A stretch of DNA of 64,000 nt from Gemmatimonadota bacterium (GCA_039584815.1 JBDGXC010000006.1:1549-65548); one strand, 5' to 3'; shown: positions 1 through 10,076, counted from the stretch's first letter. A program made the numbers and translations. The notes: generated by a model not told the origin, from the sequence alone.

Positions 1-57
1 GCCTGTTGCGAGCGCGAGAAGGCCCACCATGATACACCCTCGACTTCTTCCGGATCG

Positions 58-849
58 TCAATCCCCGATCCGAAAGACCACATCCTCCCGCAGAGAGTCC
101 AGCACGGGGCGGAGAATCCGGATCTGCCCCTCCATGACCCGGACCGCGGTTTCGCCGTCCACCGTGACAGCGGCCTCGCGCGCCGATCGCGGCAGATCCA
201 CCCAGATCTCCCCGACCGTGCCGATCACCTCCAGGCGTCCAGGCGCCGTTACGAAGCGCGGACCTTCGCCCGCCTCTTCGACGCGCACCGTGGCACGCCC
301 CGCTTCCGTGAGCCTCACATGTACATTACTGTCCCGGCCGAAATTCCGCAGGCTCACTTCCACCCGACCGTCTTCCGGTGCCACCCCGACCACGGCCGGG
401 CCGACCGTCGGAGCACCTGCTGGATCGCCGGCTCGCGGCGCCGCTTCGTCCACCACCGACGCGGGCACCGGTGCGTCCGCCATCAAGGCCCCGAGCCACG
501 TGCGAACCGGGGATCCAGGGACGATCGCCGCTGCCGCTCCCGCCACCACGAGGATCAGGCCCGCCGCCCTGGCGAGGACTCCCCCACTCCGGCGCCACCA
601 CCGCCGTTCGGAGCGGCGGACGGCAGCCAGAGGGATCGGACCCGGATCCGCCGGCGTCGCCACCCCGTCATCGAGAGCCAGGATGGCCCGTGAGAACCAC
701 TCGGACTCACGCCGCAGGTCACCGATCCGGGTCAGGCACTCGGCGCAGGACTCCAGATGTCGGCGTATCCTCGCCGCGGCCTCCGGTTCGCCATCGAGCT
801 CGCCGTCGATCCAGGCTTGCAGGTCTCCGTCATTCGGGTGGGGCATTCT
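58..849 (-). CDS. Anti-sigma factor (zinc-binding ZAS-like motif H-x3-C-x2-C, single TM, proline/alanine-rich periplasmic tail)
   Basis: ORF 58..894(-). N-terminus MPHPNDGDLQAWIDGELDG...RRHLESCAECL is the classic ECF anti-sigma N-terminal domain. A hydrophobic segment follows. Its start overlaps the stop of the upstream ECF sigma gene by about 20 nt. Confidence 0.6.
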   Translation of the reverse strand, partial: RMPHPNDGDLQAWIDGELDGEPEAAARIRRHLESCAECLTRIGDLRRESEWFSRAILALDDGVATPADPGPIPLAAVRRSERRWWRRSGGVLARAAGLILVVAGAAAAIVPGSPVRTWLGALMADAPVPASVVDEAAPRAGDPAGAPTVGPAVVGVAPEDGRVEVSLRNFGRDSNVHVRLTEAGRATVRVEEAGEGPRFVTAPGRLEVIGTVGEIWVDLPRSAREAAVTVDGETAVRVMEGQIRILRPVLDSLREDVVFRIGD

Positions 850-1410
850 GTTCTCCCGGGGCCACGTAGGCCTCGCTGAACCTCTTGAGCGCACGTGCCA
901 CGAGCGCGCCGACCGACGTGGGCCGCACCCCCACCGCCCCGGCGATCTCCCTGTAGCGAAACCCCTCTTCCCGCATCAGCAGCATCTGTCGGTCACGGTC
1001 CGACAGGGTCGCGAGGGCTCGCCGGACCTGTTCGATCCTCTCCGCCCTCTCCAGGTCCTCGTGCGGCGAGCCCACGGGCATCGGTTGCTCTCCTCCCGCC
1101 GCCAGCAGCCGTCGCCTCCGATCGCGCGTGCGAACCCCGTCGCGCGCCAGATTCGTCGCCACCACGAAGATCCAGGGCCGTGCCTCGTCGCGCGGCAAAT
1201 CGTGCTCCAGGAGCCTCAGGAAGGCGTCCTGGACGACGTCCGCCGAGGCGTCGGCGTCCCCCGTGAACCGGTGCACGTACCGTATCAGAGAGGGGTACAG
1301 CTCCCGGTACACGGCCTGAAAGTCCTCGGGCCTCATTCGGAACGCTCGCTCCGGGTCGGTCGGCTCGTCGAAGGCCGACTCCCCGGGAGTCCGGCGCTGG
1401 CGAGCCATAC
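830..1410 (-). CDS. ECF (extracytoplasmic function) RNA polymerase sigma-70 family factor
   Basis: Translation shows sigma-70 region 2 (FQAVYRELYPSLIRYVHRFTGDADASADVVQDAFLRLL) and region 4 (LATLSDRDRQMLLMREEGFRYREIAGAVGVRPTSVGALVARALKRF). Start chosen at MARQRRTPGES (ATG 1408-1410). Confidence 0.8.
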
Positions 1411-1520
1411 CCGGTCCGCTTACCCGATAACGTGCGAGGAGTGCCCGAAGTGACAGGCGATAAATGAGAACCGGCCGCCCCGCTACGACTCGGGACGGCC
1501 GGTGATCCTGCCGGGAACGG

Positions 1521-1537
1521 GCTGCGGCGCGCAGCCG
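1521..1537 (-). terminator. GC-rich hairpin (GGCTGCG-GCG-CGCAGCC) just 3' of the TadG-like gene; possible terminator/attenuator
   Basis: Perfect 7-bp inverted repeat with a 3-nt loop, 8 nt downstream of the stop at 1545. No U-tract follows, which is common in high-GC taxa. Confidence 0.2.
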
Positions 1538-1544
1538 ACGGAGC

Positions 1545-2726
1545 TCAGTCGATGAGCCGCAGCGCCTTGAACAACGGCCCGGCTGTGGTGCCGTCATCGG
1601 GGTTGCCCGGCTTCACACCCGTGTACCCGATCCACCGGGCGTATACCGTCTTACCTTCGATTTTCTCGATGAACAGGCCCGCGAAGTTGGTGAACTTGAA
1701 CGGCTTCGAGCCGAGCTCGGGCTCTTCCGTCGGATCGAACAGAGGCACCGCACGGATGCGCGGCGAGTATTCGCGCCGGCAACTGGCGGCCTCGGTGCTG
1801 AACTCGAGCCCCGCGTCCACGATGCAGTTCTGCAGACCGTTCCAGCTCGCCGACGGATCCAGGTTGATCAGTTCCTTGAAGCCCTGCATCGTGGGGCCGG
1901 CCATGTTCCCGGGCTCGCTGTCCACCTCGATCCCTATGTGGAAGGAGATGGACGGATCCACGCAGCCCTTGATGTTCTCCCGGTAGTCCTCGGCGCCGTA
2001 CTGTAGGGGAGGCCGCCACGGATAATACCAGCTGGAGTTCATCGATCCCTCTCCGTCGTTAGACTTGAGGGCGATCTGGTGGCCGAGGTCGGCTTCCGAG
2101 TATCCGGTGAACCCCTCGTTGATCACCAGCTCATCCGATTCCGGGTTGGCCCATGGAATGTAGTAGTCGCCCATCTCAGCATCGAAGTCCGCCGGGTCGT
2201 TCTCCGCGCCGCCATTCTCGTACCACCGATCGGGGACTGCCACCGGGAGCAGGCACGGTATGCCGCCGGCCGCCGTAGCCTCGGCCGTCGCGGTGGCCGC
2301 GACGTCCACCAGGTCGATCCCGAAGACCCGGGCAAACACGGTCGGTACGGCCGTGCCACGGTCCCGGATGAGCCAGACGGTGACCTTCACGGTTAGGGCC
2401 TCCGTGTCCACCTCGATGTCATCCTTCTCCAGCACTACGGCCGAGCCCCGAACCTTGTTCTTCTTTGCGTATTCCGTGGCCAAAAACCTCGCCAGCTCCT
2501 CGTTCCCCGGAGACCCGACGAACGCTCCTGCCCCGGCGAGCGCGGCGGAGTCCGCCGCCCGCTGCGCTTCAAGGCGGGCCGTCGTGAGCAGCCCCACATC
2601 CACCGCGAGCGCGACGGCCGAAGTCAGGGCGAGCATCCCGCTGGCGACGACGATGAGCGCCGCTCCCCGCTCTTCCCGCACGCTGCGTCGCAAGCTGGTC
2701 CATTTGGAGTGCATCCGTTCAATCAT
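1545..2726 (-). CDS. TadE/TadG-like (Flp pilus assembly) protein with N-terminal TM anchor
   Basis: N-terminal segment RGAALIVVASGMLALTSAVALAVDVG is typical of the TadE-like domain, followed by a large extracytoplasmic domain. ATG 2726 is preceded by AGGAGC 6 nt upstream. No other tad genes lie nearby. Confidence 0.55.
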   Translation of the reverse strand: MIERMHSKWTSLRRSVREERGAALIVVASGMLALTSAVALAVDVGLLTTARLEAQRAADSAALAGAGAFVGSPGNEELARFLATEYAKKNKVRGSAVVLEKDDIEVDTEALTVKVTVWLIRDRGTAVPTVFARVFGIDLVDVAATATAEATAAGGIPCLLPVAVPDRWYENGGAENDPADFDAEMGDYYIPWANPESDELVINEGFTGYSEADLGHQIALKSNDGEGSMNSSWYYPWRPPLQYGAEDYRENIKGCVDPSISFHIGIEVDSEPGNMAGPTMQGFKELINLDPSASWNGLQNCIVDAGLEFSTEAASCRREYSPRIRAVPLFDPTEEPELGSKPFKFTNFAGLFIEKIEGKTVYARWIGYTGVKPGNPDDGTTAGPLFKALRLID

Positions 2727-2804
2727 CTGACGCTCCTGGGTAACGATGGGGCCGGCGCACACCATGGACGCGCCGCCATCGGTCCGGTGAAGGGCCAGAA
2801 TCAT

Positions 2805-3037
2805 GCGCGGAGTGTGAGGATTCGTCTCGCGTCGCGTGCTGACGATGTAATGAACTATCTGATAATTGTTTAGATCGTTAACATGAAGTGGATTCTACGC
2901 GATGGGGCGGGGAGCTGTGCGCCCGGACAGGCAGCAAAGCTTGGAGAAACCTGCAGGGAGTATCGACGGAGGACCACATCGGGCGTTTGAGGGAGCGGAA
3001 ACCGTCGTAACGTTCTTTGTGATTGGAAGTTGAGAGG
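2805..3037 (-). promoter_or_regulatory. AT-rich intergenic region upstream of TadG-like gene (putative promoter/leader)
   Basis: The local GC drops sharply (tgtaatgaactatctgataattgtttagatcgttaacatgaag). A TAGAAT hexamer lies on the minus strand near 2893-2898. Confidence 0.3.
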
Positions 3038-3460
3038 CTATTTTATCAGCAGCACGGGGACGCGGGCCAGGATCGCGACCTGGTGGCTGAGGCTGGCGAA
3101 TCCGGAGGCCGGAGTCTCGGAGTCCACGCGCCTCGAGCTCATCACGATCAGCTCCGTCGAAAGCTCCTCCGCGTTGCCGAGGATGTGCCGAAGCCGGTTG
3201 CCGTACTCGATGCGCTGTATCACCGCGACGCCGCTCCGGGCCACGGGTTCGGTCAGCTCGTCGAGCTCTCCGGCTGCCCGGTCGTGAAGACGCTGATAGA
3301 AATCCTCCAGCTCCTCGAACGGAAGATCGAGCGTCTCGATCACGTGGAGCAGGGTCATTTCGCCGTCCGGGCCCGCCAGGCGGCCGGCTACCTCCACGGC
3401 ACGGCGGTTTCGATCGGACAGATCGACCGGGACGAGGATTCGCTGGAACATTTGAGACAA
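3038..3460 (-). CDS. Universal stress protein (UspA family)
   Basis: 140 aa. ILVPVDLSDRNRRAVEVAG...LLHV...VMSSRR...GSVSHQV match the Usp fold motifs. Confidence 0.8.
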   Translation of the reverse strand: MSQMFQRILVPVDLSDRNRRAVEVAGRLAGPDGEMTLLHVIETLDLPFEELEDFYQRLHDRAAGELDELTEPVARSGVAVIQRIEYGNRLRHILGNAEELSTELIVMSSRRVDSETPASGFASLSHQVAILARVPVLLIK

Positions 3461-3470
3461 AGCCTCGCGT

Positions 3471-4880
3471 CTAGAGGTCGGGCGCGAATTCGAGCTTGAA
3501 CCCGAGCACGAGTGTCAGGCGCCAGAACCGGCCGCTGGTGGAATCCGACAGGAACTCCTCGTCCCGATCGTCGTCCGGAATCAGGTCGAAGCTTCGCAGG
3601 TCTTCTCGACCACCGAACTTGTAGGTGAGGCCGGTGGTGAACTCGGAGCGGCCGATCGAGAAGATGGCCCCGGCCCCGACCGTCCACAGGTTCCATGGCG
3701 TGGTCGTCGTGATGGCCTGATCGCCGACCTCGGAACCGGTGAGATCCGAGTAAAACGTAGCATATCCGCTGACCTTGTCGTTGAACGTCCGCTCGAGCCC
3801 CAGGGCCACGTTGACCAACCCCTTCATCGTGTTGGTGACGTCGGGGTCGACCACGAAGCTCGAGTCGGTCTGGGATTGAACCGGCTGGGCGTCGAGAATG
3901 GTGACGTCCACCTGGTTGAACCACTCCACGGCGATGTTGCCCTTCCAGCTCTCGCCCCTGTATTCGCCACCCGCTCCGATCGCCCAGGATGAGGCGTACC
4001 CGGAGGACAGGTCGTCCTGGAACGAGACCGTCACGGTCTCGAGCTCGGGTCCGACCCCTACCGTCTCGTACCCCAGGTCACCGCTCCCGAACATGTGGAG
4101 ACTCGGCATCGTCACGGTCAGTCCGAGGTTCCAGTGCGGGAATGACGTGCTGATGCCGATCTTGGTGAGAAGCCGCCAGTCATAGTAGTTGTAGGCTCTT
4201 CCGGAGTGGATGGAGCTCACCCCCGCGGTGTCGCCCGTGCCGGTAAGGCTGTTGCCGTAGCTCAATCTCTGGCTTCGGTTGGCCACGAACAGGCTGACCC
4301 CTAGGCCGAATCCTTCGAGCACGGGGGCGGCCCAGGTGAGGCCACCCCAGTACTCGCGCAGCCGGGTCTCGTAGTTGAGGGAGGCCGAGACCGACCCCTG
4401 TCCCTCGAACCCGGCCAGGCTGTCCCCGTCTACCGTGGCGCCCTTGGTGAAGCGGTACTCCAGGTTGTGACGCGTCAGGTACGAATAGGCCAGCCGGCTG
4501 GAGCCCAGGAAGCTGAACGGGATCTCACCGGCGATCAGTCCGGCCACCGCGTCGAACCGTGTGCTGGACAGATCGGTGCCCTCGAACAGGAAGTCCTCGT
4601 ACTTGATGTTGTCGAGCTCGAACACGTAACCGGTCAGCAGAGCCTCCGGCTGATCGACGATCGCCAAACCTCCGGGGTTGTAGTACACGGAGCTCAGGTC
4701 GCGCGAGCTCCCGATCACGGCGCCGCCCAGCAGCCGGGCCCGGTTGCCGTACTGGTTGGTCCACCACTGGGAGTCCTGCCCCGCGGCCGGGGCAGCCGTC
4801 AGCAGTACAAAGGCCGTCGCGCCGGCGAACGTCGCCCGACGACCTCGGGGTCTCGGTTCGACGCGGTCGATCGAGCGCAA
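3471..4880 (-). CDS. Putative outer-membrane beta-barrel protein (signal peptide, alternating amphipathic strands rich in G/Y/S/T)
   Basis: 469 aa. Has an N-terminal signal peptide (ATFAGATAFVLLTAAPAAGQD). Its composition is typical of OMP barrels. It sits 10 bp upstream of uspA on the same strand. Confidence 0.45.
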   Translation of the reverse strand: MRSIDRVEPRPRGRRATFAGATAFVLLTAAPAAGQDSQWWTNQYGNRARLLGGAVIGSSRDLSSVYYNPGGLAIVDQPEALLTGYVFELDNIKYEDFLFEGTDLSSTRFDAVAGLIAGEIPFSFLGSSRLAYSYLTRHNLEYRFTKGATVDGDSLAGFEGQGSVSASLNYETRLREYWGGLTWAAPVLEGFGLGVSLFVANRSQRLSYGNSLTGTGDTAGVSSIHSGRAYNYYDWRLLTKIGISTSFPHWNLGLTVTMPSLHMFGSGDLGYETVGVGPELETVTVSFQDDLSSGYASSWAIGAGGEYRGESWKGNIAVEWFNQVDVTILDAQPVQSQTDSSFVVDPDVTNTMKGLVNVALGLERTFNDKVSGYATFYSDLTGSEVGDQAITTTTPWNLWTVGAGAIFSIGRSEFTTGLTYKFGGREDLRSFDLIPDDDRDEEFLSDSTSGRFWRLTLVLGFKLEFAPDL

Positions 4881-4927
4881 CGCGAGCTCCGGAGAGGTGG
4901 TGAGGATTGCGGTTTCAGCGGTAGTTT

Positions 4928-6595
4928 ATGGTCTCGTCCCTCCAGATGCGACGGGGCAGCCACTGGCCGGAGGAGGTCCACGTGTCGGGACACGAGACCA
5001 GGAGGACGATCGCGCGAAAGGTCACCGACCCGAGCGAGGATCATCCCGGGCGCAGCGGGTTTCGCGGCCTGATGGCCGAGGTGCAGCGGGACAGCTACCG
5101 CAGGCTCGGCTGGATCGCGAGCGTGCTGGCCGGTCTCGGTATCGTCGTCCTCGCCGCGTATCTCCTGCTGCCCGCAGAGCACCAGGAACACGTCGGGATC
5201 GACATCCGGGCCCGACTCGCGCTCGTCGCGCTCGGCGGCACCGTGGCCCTCGTCACTCTGCTCCGCGATCTGCCGTCCCGCTGGTTCCCGGGCCTGGCGC
5301 TCCTGTTCGAGGTCGCCGTCGGAGCCGTGCTGGCGACCGAGTTCCTGTACTGGCACACGCTGGGCTCGGGAGCGGACTTCCTCCTCGGCGTCCCGCGCAC
5401 CACGCTGTGGGTCGTGTTCTTCGCCAACGTCGTCCCCCTGCGCCCCCGGGAGCACCTGCTCGGCGCAGGCCTCTCCACGGCATTCATTCTCATCTGGTTC
5501 GCGGTCGGAGGAGCGGCGGCGGCCGGGAACCTGGGTCCAGCCGCCGCGGAAGCCCTGTGGAGCCGCGGTCGGGAGCTCCTTCCGGGTCTCGTGCTGTCGG
5601 CCCTCGCGGCCAGTGCACTGGCGTACGTGTCCGCGCGCCGCGTATACGGACTGTCGCGCGCCCTGTCACGCGCGCGCAGGGTGGGCTCCTACGAGCTTAC
5701 CGAGCGGCTCGGCAAGGGAGGCATGGGAGAGGTATGGCGGGCCCGCCATCAGATGCTCGCCCGTCCGGCAGCGATCAAGCTCATCCGAAGCGACCGGACC
5801 GAGGGCACGAGCACGTCCGACGCAGAATACTACCTGGAGCGCTTCCAGCGTGAGGTGCAGGCGACGGCGCGTCTCCGATCGCCTCATACGATTCAGGTCT
5901 ACGACTACGGCATCACGCCGGACCGGGCCTTCTACTACGTGATGGAGCTGCTGGACGGGATCGACCTGGATCACTTCATCAAATCGTACGGCCCCATGCC
6001 AGCGGCGCGTGCCGTCCACGTCCTGCGGCACATGTGCCACTCTCTCGCCGAGGCGCACGACGCGGGCCTCATCCACCGGGATATCAAGCCGGCCAACGTC
6101 TTCCTGTGCCGCCAGGGACGGGACGTCGACCAGGTCAAAGTGCTCGACTTCGGGCTCGTGAAGGAGGTGGCCCGCCCGCAGTCTGCGATGCTTACACAGA
6201 TCGGCACGTTCGCCGGTACCCCAGCGTTCGGATCACCGGAGGCGGCGGCGGGAAAAGTCGACCAGCTGGGGCCGGCGGCGGACATCTATTCGGTGGGCTG
6301 CGTGGCGTACTGGCTGCTGACGGGCCAGACGGTGTTCAAGGCCGCGGGTGCCATGGAGATGCTCGCGTCTCACATCCGAGATGAGCCCGTCCCGCCATCC
6401 GAGCGGATCGAGCTGGAGCTTCCGCCGGAACTGGATCGGGTGATTCTGCGCTGCCTGGAGAAGGACCCGCAGACGCGCATCGGATCGGCGGACGAGCTGG
6501 ACGCCGATCTCGAACAGCTCCAGCGTACCTTTCCGTGGCCGGCCGAGACGGCGCGCGCCTGGTGGCTCGCGCATCGGCCGGATCCCGTCGCGTGA
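4928..6595 (+). CDS. Membrane-embedded sensor Ser/Thr protein kinase (polytopic N-terminal domain + Hanks-type kinase)
   Basis: Kinase subdomains are present: LGKGGMGEVWRA (Gly loop), AIKLI (Lys), HRDIKPANVFL (catalytic loop), DFGL, and GTPAFGSPE. About 230 aa of predicted TM helices precede the kinase. The true start may be downstream (MAEVQ, about 5072). Confidence 0.8.
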   Translation: MVSSLQMRRGSHWPEEVHVSGHETRRTIARKVTDPSEDHPGRSGFRGLMAEVQRDSYRRLGWIASVLAGLGIVVLAAYLLLPAEHQEHVGIDIRARLALVALGGTVALVTLLRDLPSRWFPGLALLFEVAVGAVLATEFLYWHTLGSGADFLLGVPRTTLWVVFFANVVPLRPREHLLGAGLSTAFILIWFAVGGAAAAGNLGPAAAEALWSRGRELLPGLVLSALAASALAYVSARRVYGLSRALSRARRVGSYELTERLGKGGMGEVWRARHQMLARPAAIKLIRSDRTEGTSTSDAEYYLERFQREVQATARLRSPHTIQVYDYGITPDRAFYYVMELLDGIDLDHFIKSYGPMPAARAVHVLRHMCHSLAEAHDAGLIHRDIKPANVFLCRQGRDVDQVKVLDFGLVKEVARPQSAMLTQIGTFAGTPAFGSPEAAAGKVDQLGPAADIYSVGCVAYWLLTGQTVFKAAGAMEMLASHIRDEPVPPSERIELELPPELDRVILRCLEKDPQTRIGSADELDADLEQLQRTFPWPAETARAWWLAHRPDPVA

Positions 6596-7839
6596 GCCTG
6601 CGCCGCGACCGGAGACCGACCGCCGCTTTACGGTCGGTTTTCCTGGCAGCCATGGTTCTCGCCCTCGGAACGGCGGCGCGGGCTCAGGACACCCCGGGCG
6701 GAGCCGACGGACCTCGCTTCCTGTCCGACGCGGCGCGTGTCTCCCTGATCACCATTCTCCCGGGCCAGCGGGTCTATTCGCTGTTCGGCCACAACGCGGT
6801 CCGCGTGGTCGATCCGGAGCGGGGCATCGACAACACGTACAACTTCGGAACCTTCGAGTTCGGGAATCCGCTGGCCTTCAGTGCGAAATTCCTGTATGGA
6901 GCCCTCGACTACCGACTCGCGAAGGGAGACTACGACCGCATGGTCGCGTACTATCCGAGCCGGGAGAATCGGCCGCTGATCGAGCAGTGGCTGGATCTGG
7001 ATGCGCGGCAGCGGGAGGCCATCTTTCGATTCCTGGAGTGGAACGCGCTCCCCGAGAACGCCACCTACCGGTACGACTTCTATTACGACAACTGCGCCAC
7101 CCGCATCCGGGACCTGTTCGAGCGGATCCTGGGGGTGGAACCGGGCACCGAGCCGTTGAGCCCGGGCCGCACGATGCGGCAGCTTCTGGACCCGTACCTC
7201 GTGGAAAGACCCCTGCTGCACCTGGGCATGGACTTCGGTCAGGGAGTGCCGGCGGACCGGTCTGCCACGGCGCGTGACGCGATGTTCCTTCCGGACCACC
7301 TGGCGTCCTGGATGGCCGACACCCGTCTGCGGGGACCGGACGGAGATCGGCCCCTGGTTGCGTCCACCGACTCGATCGGGTGGACGCCGGAGCGCTCGGG
7401 GCTCGATCCCGCGCCGGACTGGCCGGAGCTGCTGTTTGGGGCCGTCCTGGCGCTGGTGGTTTCCATCACATTCGTCGACGTGCGATCAGAACGCGGGGCG
7501 CGGCCGTGGCTGGACATTCCCCTGTACGGTCTCCTGGGCATCGCCGGGCTGTTCCTGGTGTTCATGTGGTTCGTTTCGCTCCACCCGGTCACGAAGCGGA
7601 ACACCCACATCCTGTGGGCCCTCCCGACGCATCTGGTGGTCGCCTGGGCCGTGGCGCGAAGCATCCGCCTCGGTCCGCGGCTGCGACTCTATCTGTGGGC
7701 CTGCGCGGCGTCCGCGGCCGTGTTCCTGGCCGGGGTCCCGTTCTGGGCTCAGGAGGTGCCTCTGGCGCTCGTCCCGCTCGCCGCCGCCGTGGGAGTGCGG
7801 AGCGTAGGACTGGCACTTACGCGACAGGATCAGCACTAG
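6592..7839 (+). CDS. DUF4105-like exported/membrane protein (N-terminal periplasmic domain + C-terminal TM helices)
   Basis: GTG 6592 overlaps the kinase stop (GTGA). Has a signal peptide and the motif ITILPGQRVYSLFGHNAVRV. The C-terminal half has multiple TM segments. Confidence 0.55.
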   Translation: MSLRRDRRPTAALRSVFLAAMVLALGTAARAQDTPGGADGPRFLSDAARVSLITILPGQRVYSLFGHNAVRVVDPERGIDNTYNFGTFEFGNPLAFSAKFLYGALDYRLAKGDYDRMVAYYPSRENRPLIEQWLDLDARQREAIFRFLEWNALPENATYRYDFYYDNCATRIRDLFERILGVEPGTEPLSPGRTMRQLLDPYLVERPLLHLGMDFGQGVPADRSATARDAMFLPDHLASWMADTRLRGPDGDRPLVASTDSIGWTPERSGLDPAPDWPELLFGAVLALVVSITFVDVRSERGARPWLDIPLYGLLGIAGLFLVFMWFVSLHPVTKRNTHILWALPTHLVVAWAVARSIRLGPRLRLYLWACAASAAVFLAGVPFWAQEVPLALVPLAAAVGVRSVGLALTRQDQH

Positions 7840-8936
7840 CCGCCACCCGGGCCCGTGAGCCGGGCCTCCATCGGGGCGGTGGCCCGGGCCTCGAGCCGTC
7901 CGTCCGTCTGGAGCACGAACAGGACCGCCAGTCCCTCACGTTCCGCCAGAGAGAGACCTTCATCGGGCCCCAACACGGCGAGAGCCGTGGCCCACGCGTC
8001 CGCCCGGGCGGCCTCCCGGTGCACGACGGTGACCGAGAACCCCTTCCAGCGCACCGGCCGGCCCGTCCGAGGATCAATGATGTGGGCGTACCGCACGCCC
8101 CCGATCTCGTAGAAGTCCCGGTAATCGCCCGACGTGGCCACCGCCTCATCCCGCAGCTGCAGGACACGGTACACACTGCGCATGTCCGGCACGGGAGCTT
8201 CCACCGCCACGGTCCAGCCGGTACCATCCGGCCTCCTGCCGCTGGCTCGTACTTCGCCTCCCACTTCGAGCGCGAAGTCGGGTACCCCGAGTGCGGCGAC
8301 GCCGCTCGCCGCCTGATCCACGGCGTACCCCTTCGCGACGGCCGACAGGTCTACCTCCACGTCCGGCACCGTCTTCGCTGCCGTGGAGTGTTCGGAATCG
8401 ATTCGGATCCGATCCAGCCCGACCCGGCCGCGCAGGCTGTCGAGCAGCGCTTGTCCCGGCGGCTCCGGCGTCCGGTCGCCCGCACCCGGTCCGAACCCCC
8501 ACGCGACGACCAGAGGGCCGACGGTCACATCCAGGGCCCCACCGGACGCCCTGCCGATATCTGCCGAGATGGACAGCACTTCCATGGTCTCGAGGGATAG
8601 ACGGATGGCCGTCGTATCGGAGGAGCGGTTGAACCGGGACAGCTGCGTCGTAGAGTCCCAGGTGGACATGAGACGCTCGACCCGATCGAGGCGTGCCTGC
8701 ACCGTGTCGGCGATCGCGCGTACCCAGGCTTCCGGCGCTCCCTCGGGAAGCGAGAGCTTGAGACTCCACGTCGTTCCCATCGTCGCGCCGCCCAGCTGAC
8801 GCACGCGGGCGGGTCGGTCGCCGTAGAAGGCCCGGCTGGCCAGTGAACCTAACACGATGGCCGTGATCAGCCCGGCGAGGAGCGGGATCCAGCTCCTCGG
8901 GCCCCACCCGCGGGGTGACGGTGCCCGGCGTTTCAC
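7836..8936 (-). CDS. apbE: FAD:protein FMN transferase (ApbE family flavin transferase)
   Basis: Motifs MGTTWSL, DVTVGP and a C-terminal ...HIIDPRTGRP...SVTVV...DAWATAL are present. There is an N-terminal TM anchor. Start set at GTG 8936. Confidence 0.8.
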   Translation of the reverse strand: MKRRAPSPRGWGPRSWIPLLAGLITAIVLGSLASRAFYGDRPARVRQLGGATMGTTWSLKLSLPEGAPEAWVRAIADTVQARLDRVERLMSTWDSTTQLSRFNRSSDTTAIRLSLETMEVLSISADIGRASGGALDVTVGPLVVAWGFGPGAGDRTPEPPGQALLDSLRGRVGLDRIRIDSEHSTAAKTVPDVEVDLSAVAKGYAVDQAASGVAALGVPDFALEVGGEVRASGRRPDGTGWTVAVEAPVPDMRSVYRVLQLRDEAVATSGDYRDFYEIGGVRYAHIIDPRTGRPVRWKGFSVTVVHREAARADAWATALAVLGPDEGLSLAEREGLAVLFVLQTDGRLEARATAPMEARLTGPGGG

Positions 8937-8983
8937 TTTCTGGCCCGGCGCGCCGGCCAGTGACGGTTGCCCATGTGCGTCTC

Positions 8984-9985
8984 TTACCCGGTCAGGGTCG
9001 CCACCATGATCGCTTTGATCGAGTGCATCCGGTTCTCCGCCTGGTCGAATACGATCGACGCCGGCGACTCGAACACGTCCTCGGTGACTTCCATGCCGTC
9101 GAGGCCGTACCGGCGATGGATGTCCTCGCCCACCGCCGTCTCCCGGTTGTGGAAAGCGGGCAGGCAGTGCAGGAACCTGACGTTCGAATTCCCGGTCTGT
9201 CGAAGGACGTCGCCGTTCACCTGGTAGGGCTTCAGCACGTCGATCCGCTCGCCCCACTTCTCGGGCGGCTCGCCCATGGACAGCCATACGTCCGTGTACA
9301 GGAAATCGGCGTCCCGGACGCCCTCCTCGACGCTCTCGGTGAGCGTGAGCCGCGCTCCGCTGGCGTCGGCCCACGCGCGACACCGGGCAACCAGCGACTC
9401 GACCGGCCAGTGGTCCCGCGGGGCGCAGAGTCGGACGTCCATCCCCAGCTTCGCTCCTCCTACGAGCAGGGAGCTGCCCACGTTGTTCGCGGCGTCCCCC
9501 AGGTAGCAGAAGCGGAGGTCCTCCGGTGCACGCCCGGCGTGCTCCATCATCGTCATCACGTCGGCAAGCGCCTGCGTTGGATGAAACTCGTCCGTGAGCC
9601 CGTTCCACACGGGCACGCCCGCGTGCTTCGCCAGGGACTCCACGCGATCCTGCCCGAAGCCTCGATACTCGATGCCGTCGTACATGCGCCCGAGGACACG
9701 GGCCGTGTCGGCGATCGATTCCTTGTGACCCAGCTGTGATCCGCTCGGTCCCAGGTAGGTGACGTGGGCTCCCTGATCGAAGGAGGCTACCTCGAAGGCG
9801 CACCGGGTGCGCGTCGACGTCTTCTCGAAGATGAGCGCGATGTTCGCTCCGGTCAGGCGTGGCATCTCCCGGTGCTCTCGCTTCGCGGCCTTCAGCTCGA
9901 ACGAAAGGTCCAGCAGATACCGGATCTCGTCCGGCTCGTAGTCGGCGAGCGTGAGAAAGCTGCGCCCCTTCAGGTCTGTGTTCAT
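8984..9985 (-). CDS. argF: Ornithine carbamoyltransferase
   Basis: 333 aa. Carbamoyl-phosphate motif STRTR, ornithine-binding HCLP and FLHCLPAFH are present. The protein is collinear with OTC proteins. It is unclear whether this is anabolic ArgF or catabolic ArcB. Confidence 0.85.
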   Translation of the reverse strand: MNTDLKGRSFLTLADYEPDEIRYLLDLSFELKAAKREHREMPRLTGANIALIFEKTSTRTRCAFEVASFDQGAHVTYLGPSGSQLGHKESIADTARVLGRMYDGIEYRGFGQDRVESLAKHAGVPVWNGLTDEFHPTQALADVMTMMEHAGRAPEDLRFCYLGDAANNVGSSLLVGGAKLGMDVRLCAPRDHWPVESLVARCRAWADASGARLTLTESVEEGVRDADFLYTDVWLSMGEPPEKWGERIDVLKPYQVNGDVLRQTGNSNVRFLHCLPAFHNRETAVGEDIHRRYGLDGMEVTEDVFESPASIVFDQAENRMHSIKAIMVATLTG

Positions 9986-10076
9986 CGTGTCCCGGGAAGT
10001 GGGGGTCTCGGGCCGCTCGGCCGGCCGGCCGAGTGGCCGTGTGATCTTCGCACCGGCGACGTCGCGGCGCTACAGC

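Noticed and set aside
29-1453. 474-aa + strand ORF
   Set aside because: Arg/Pro/Ser-rich low-complexity translation. It is antisense to the well-supported ECF sigma/anti-sigma pair. This is a typical high-GC artefact.
4744-5853. 369-aa + strand ORF
   Set aside because: An alternative frame inside the OMP/kinase region that is extremely Arg/Pro/Gly-rich. The kinase frame carries all Hanks motifs.
7380-8600. 406-aa + strand ORF (and 8146..8907 minus)
   Set aside because: It is antisense to, or out of frame with, the ApbE gene, whose protein shows clear family motifs. The composition is Arg/Gly/Pro-dominated.
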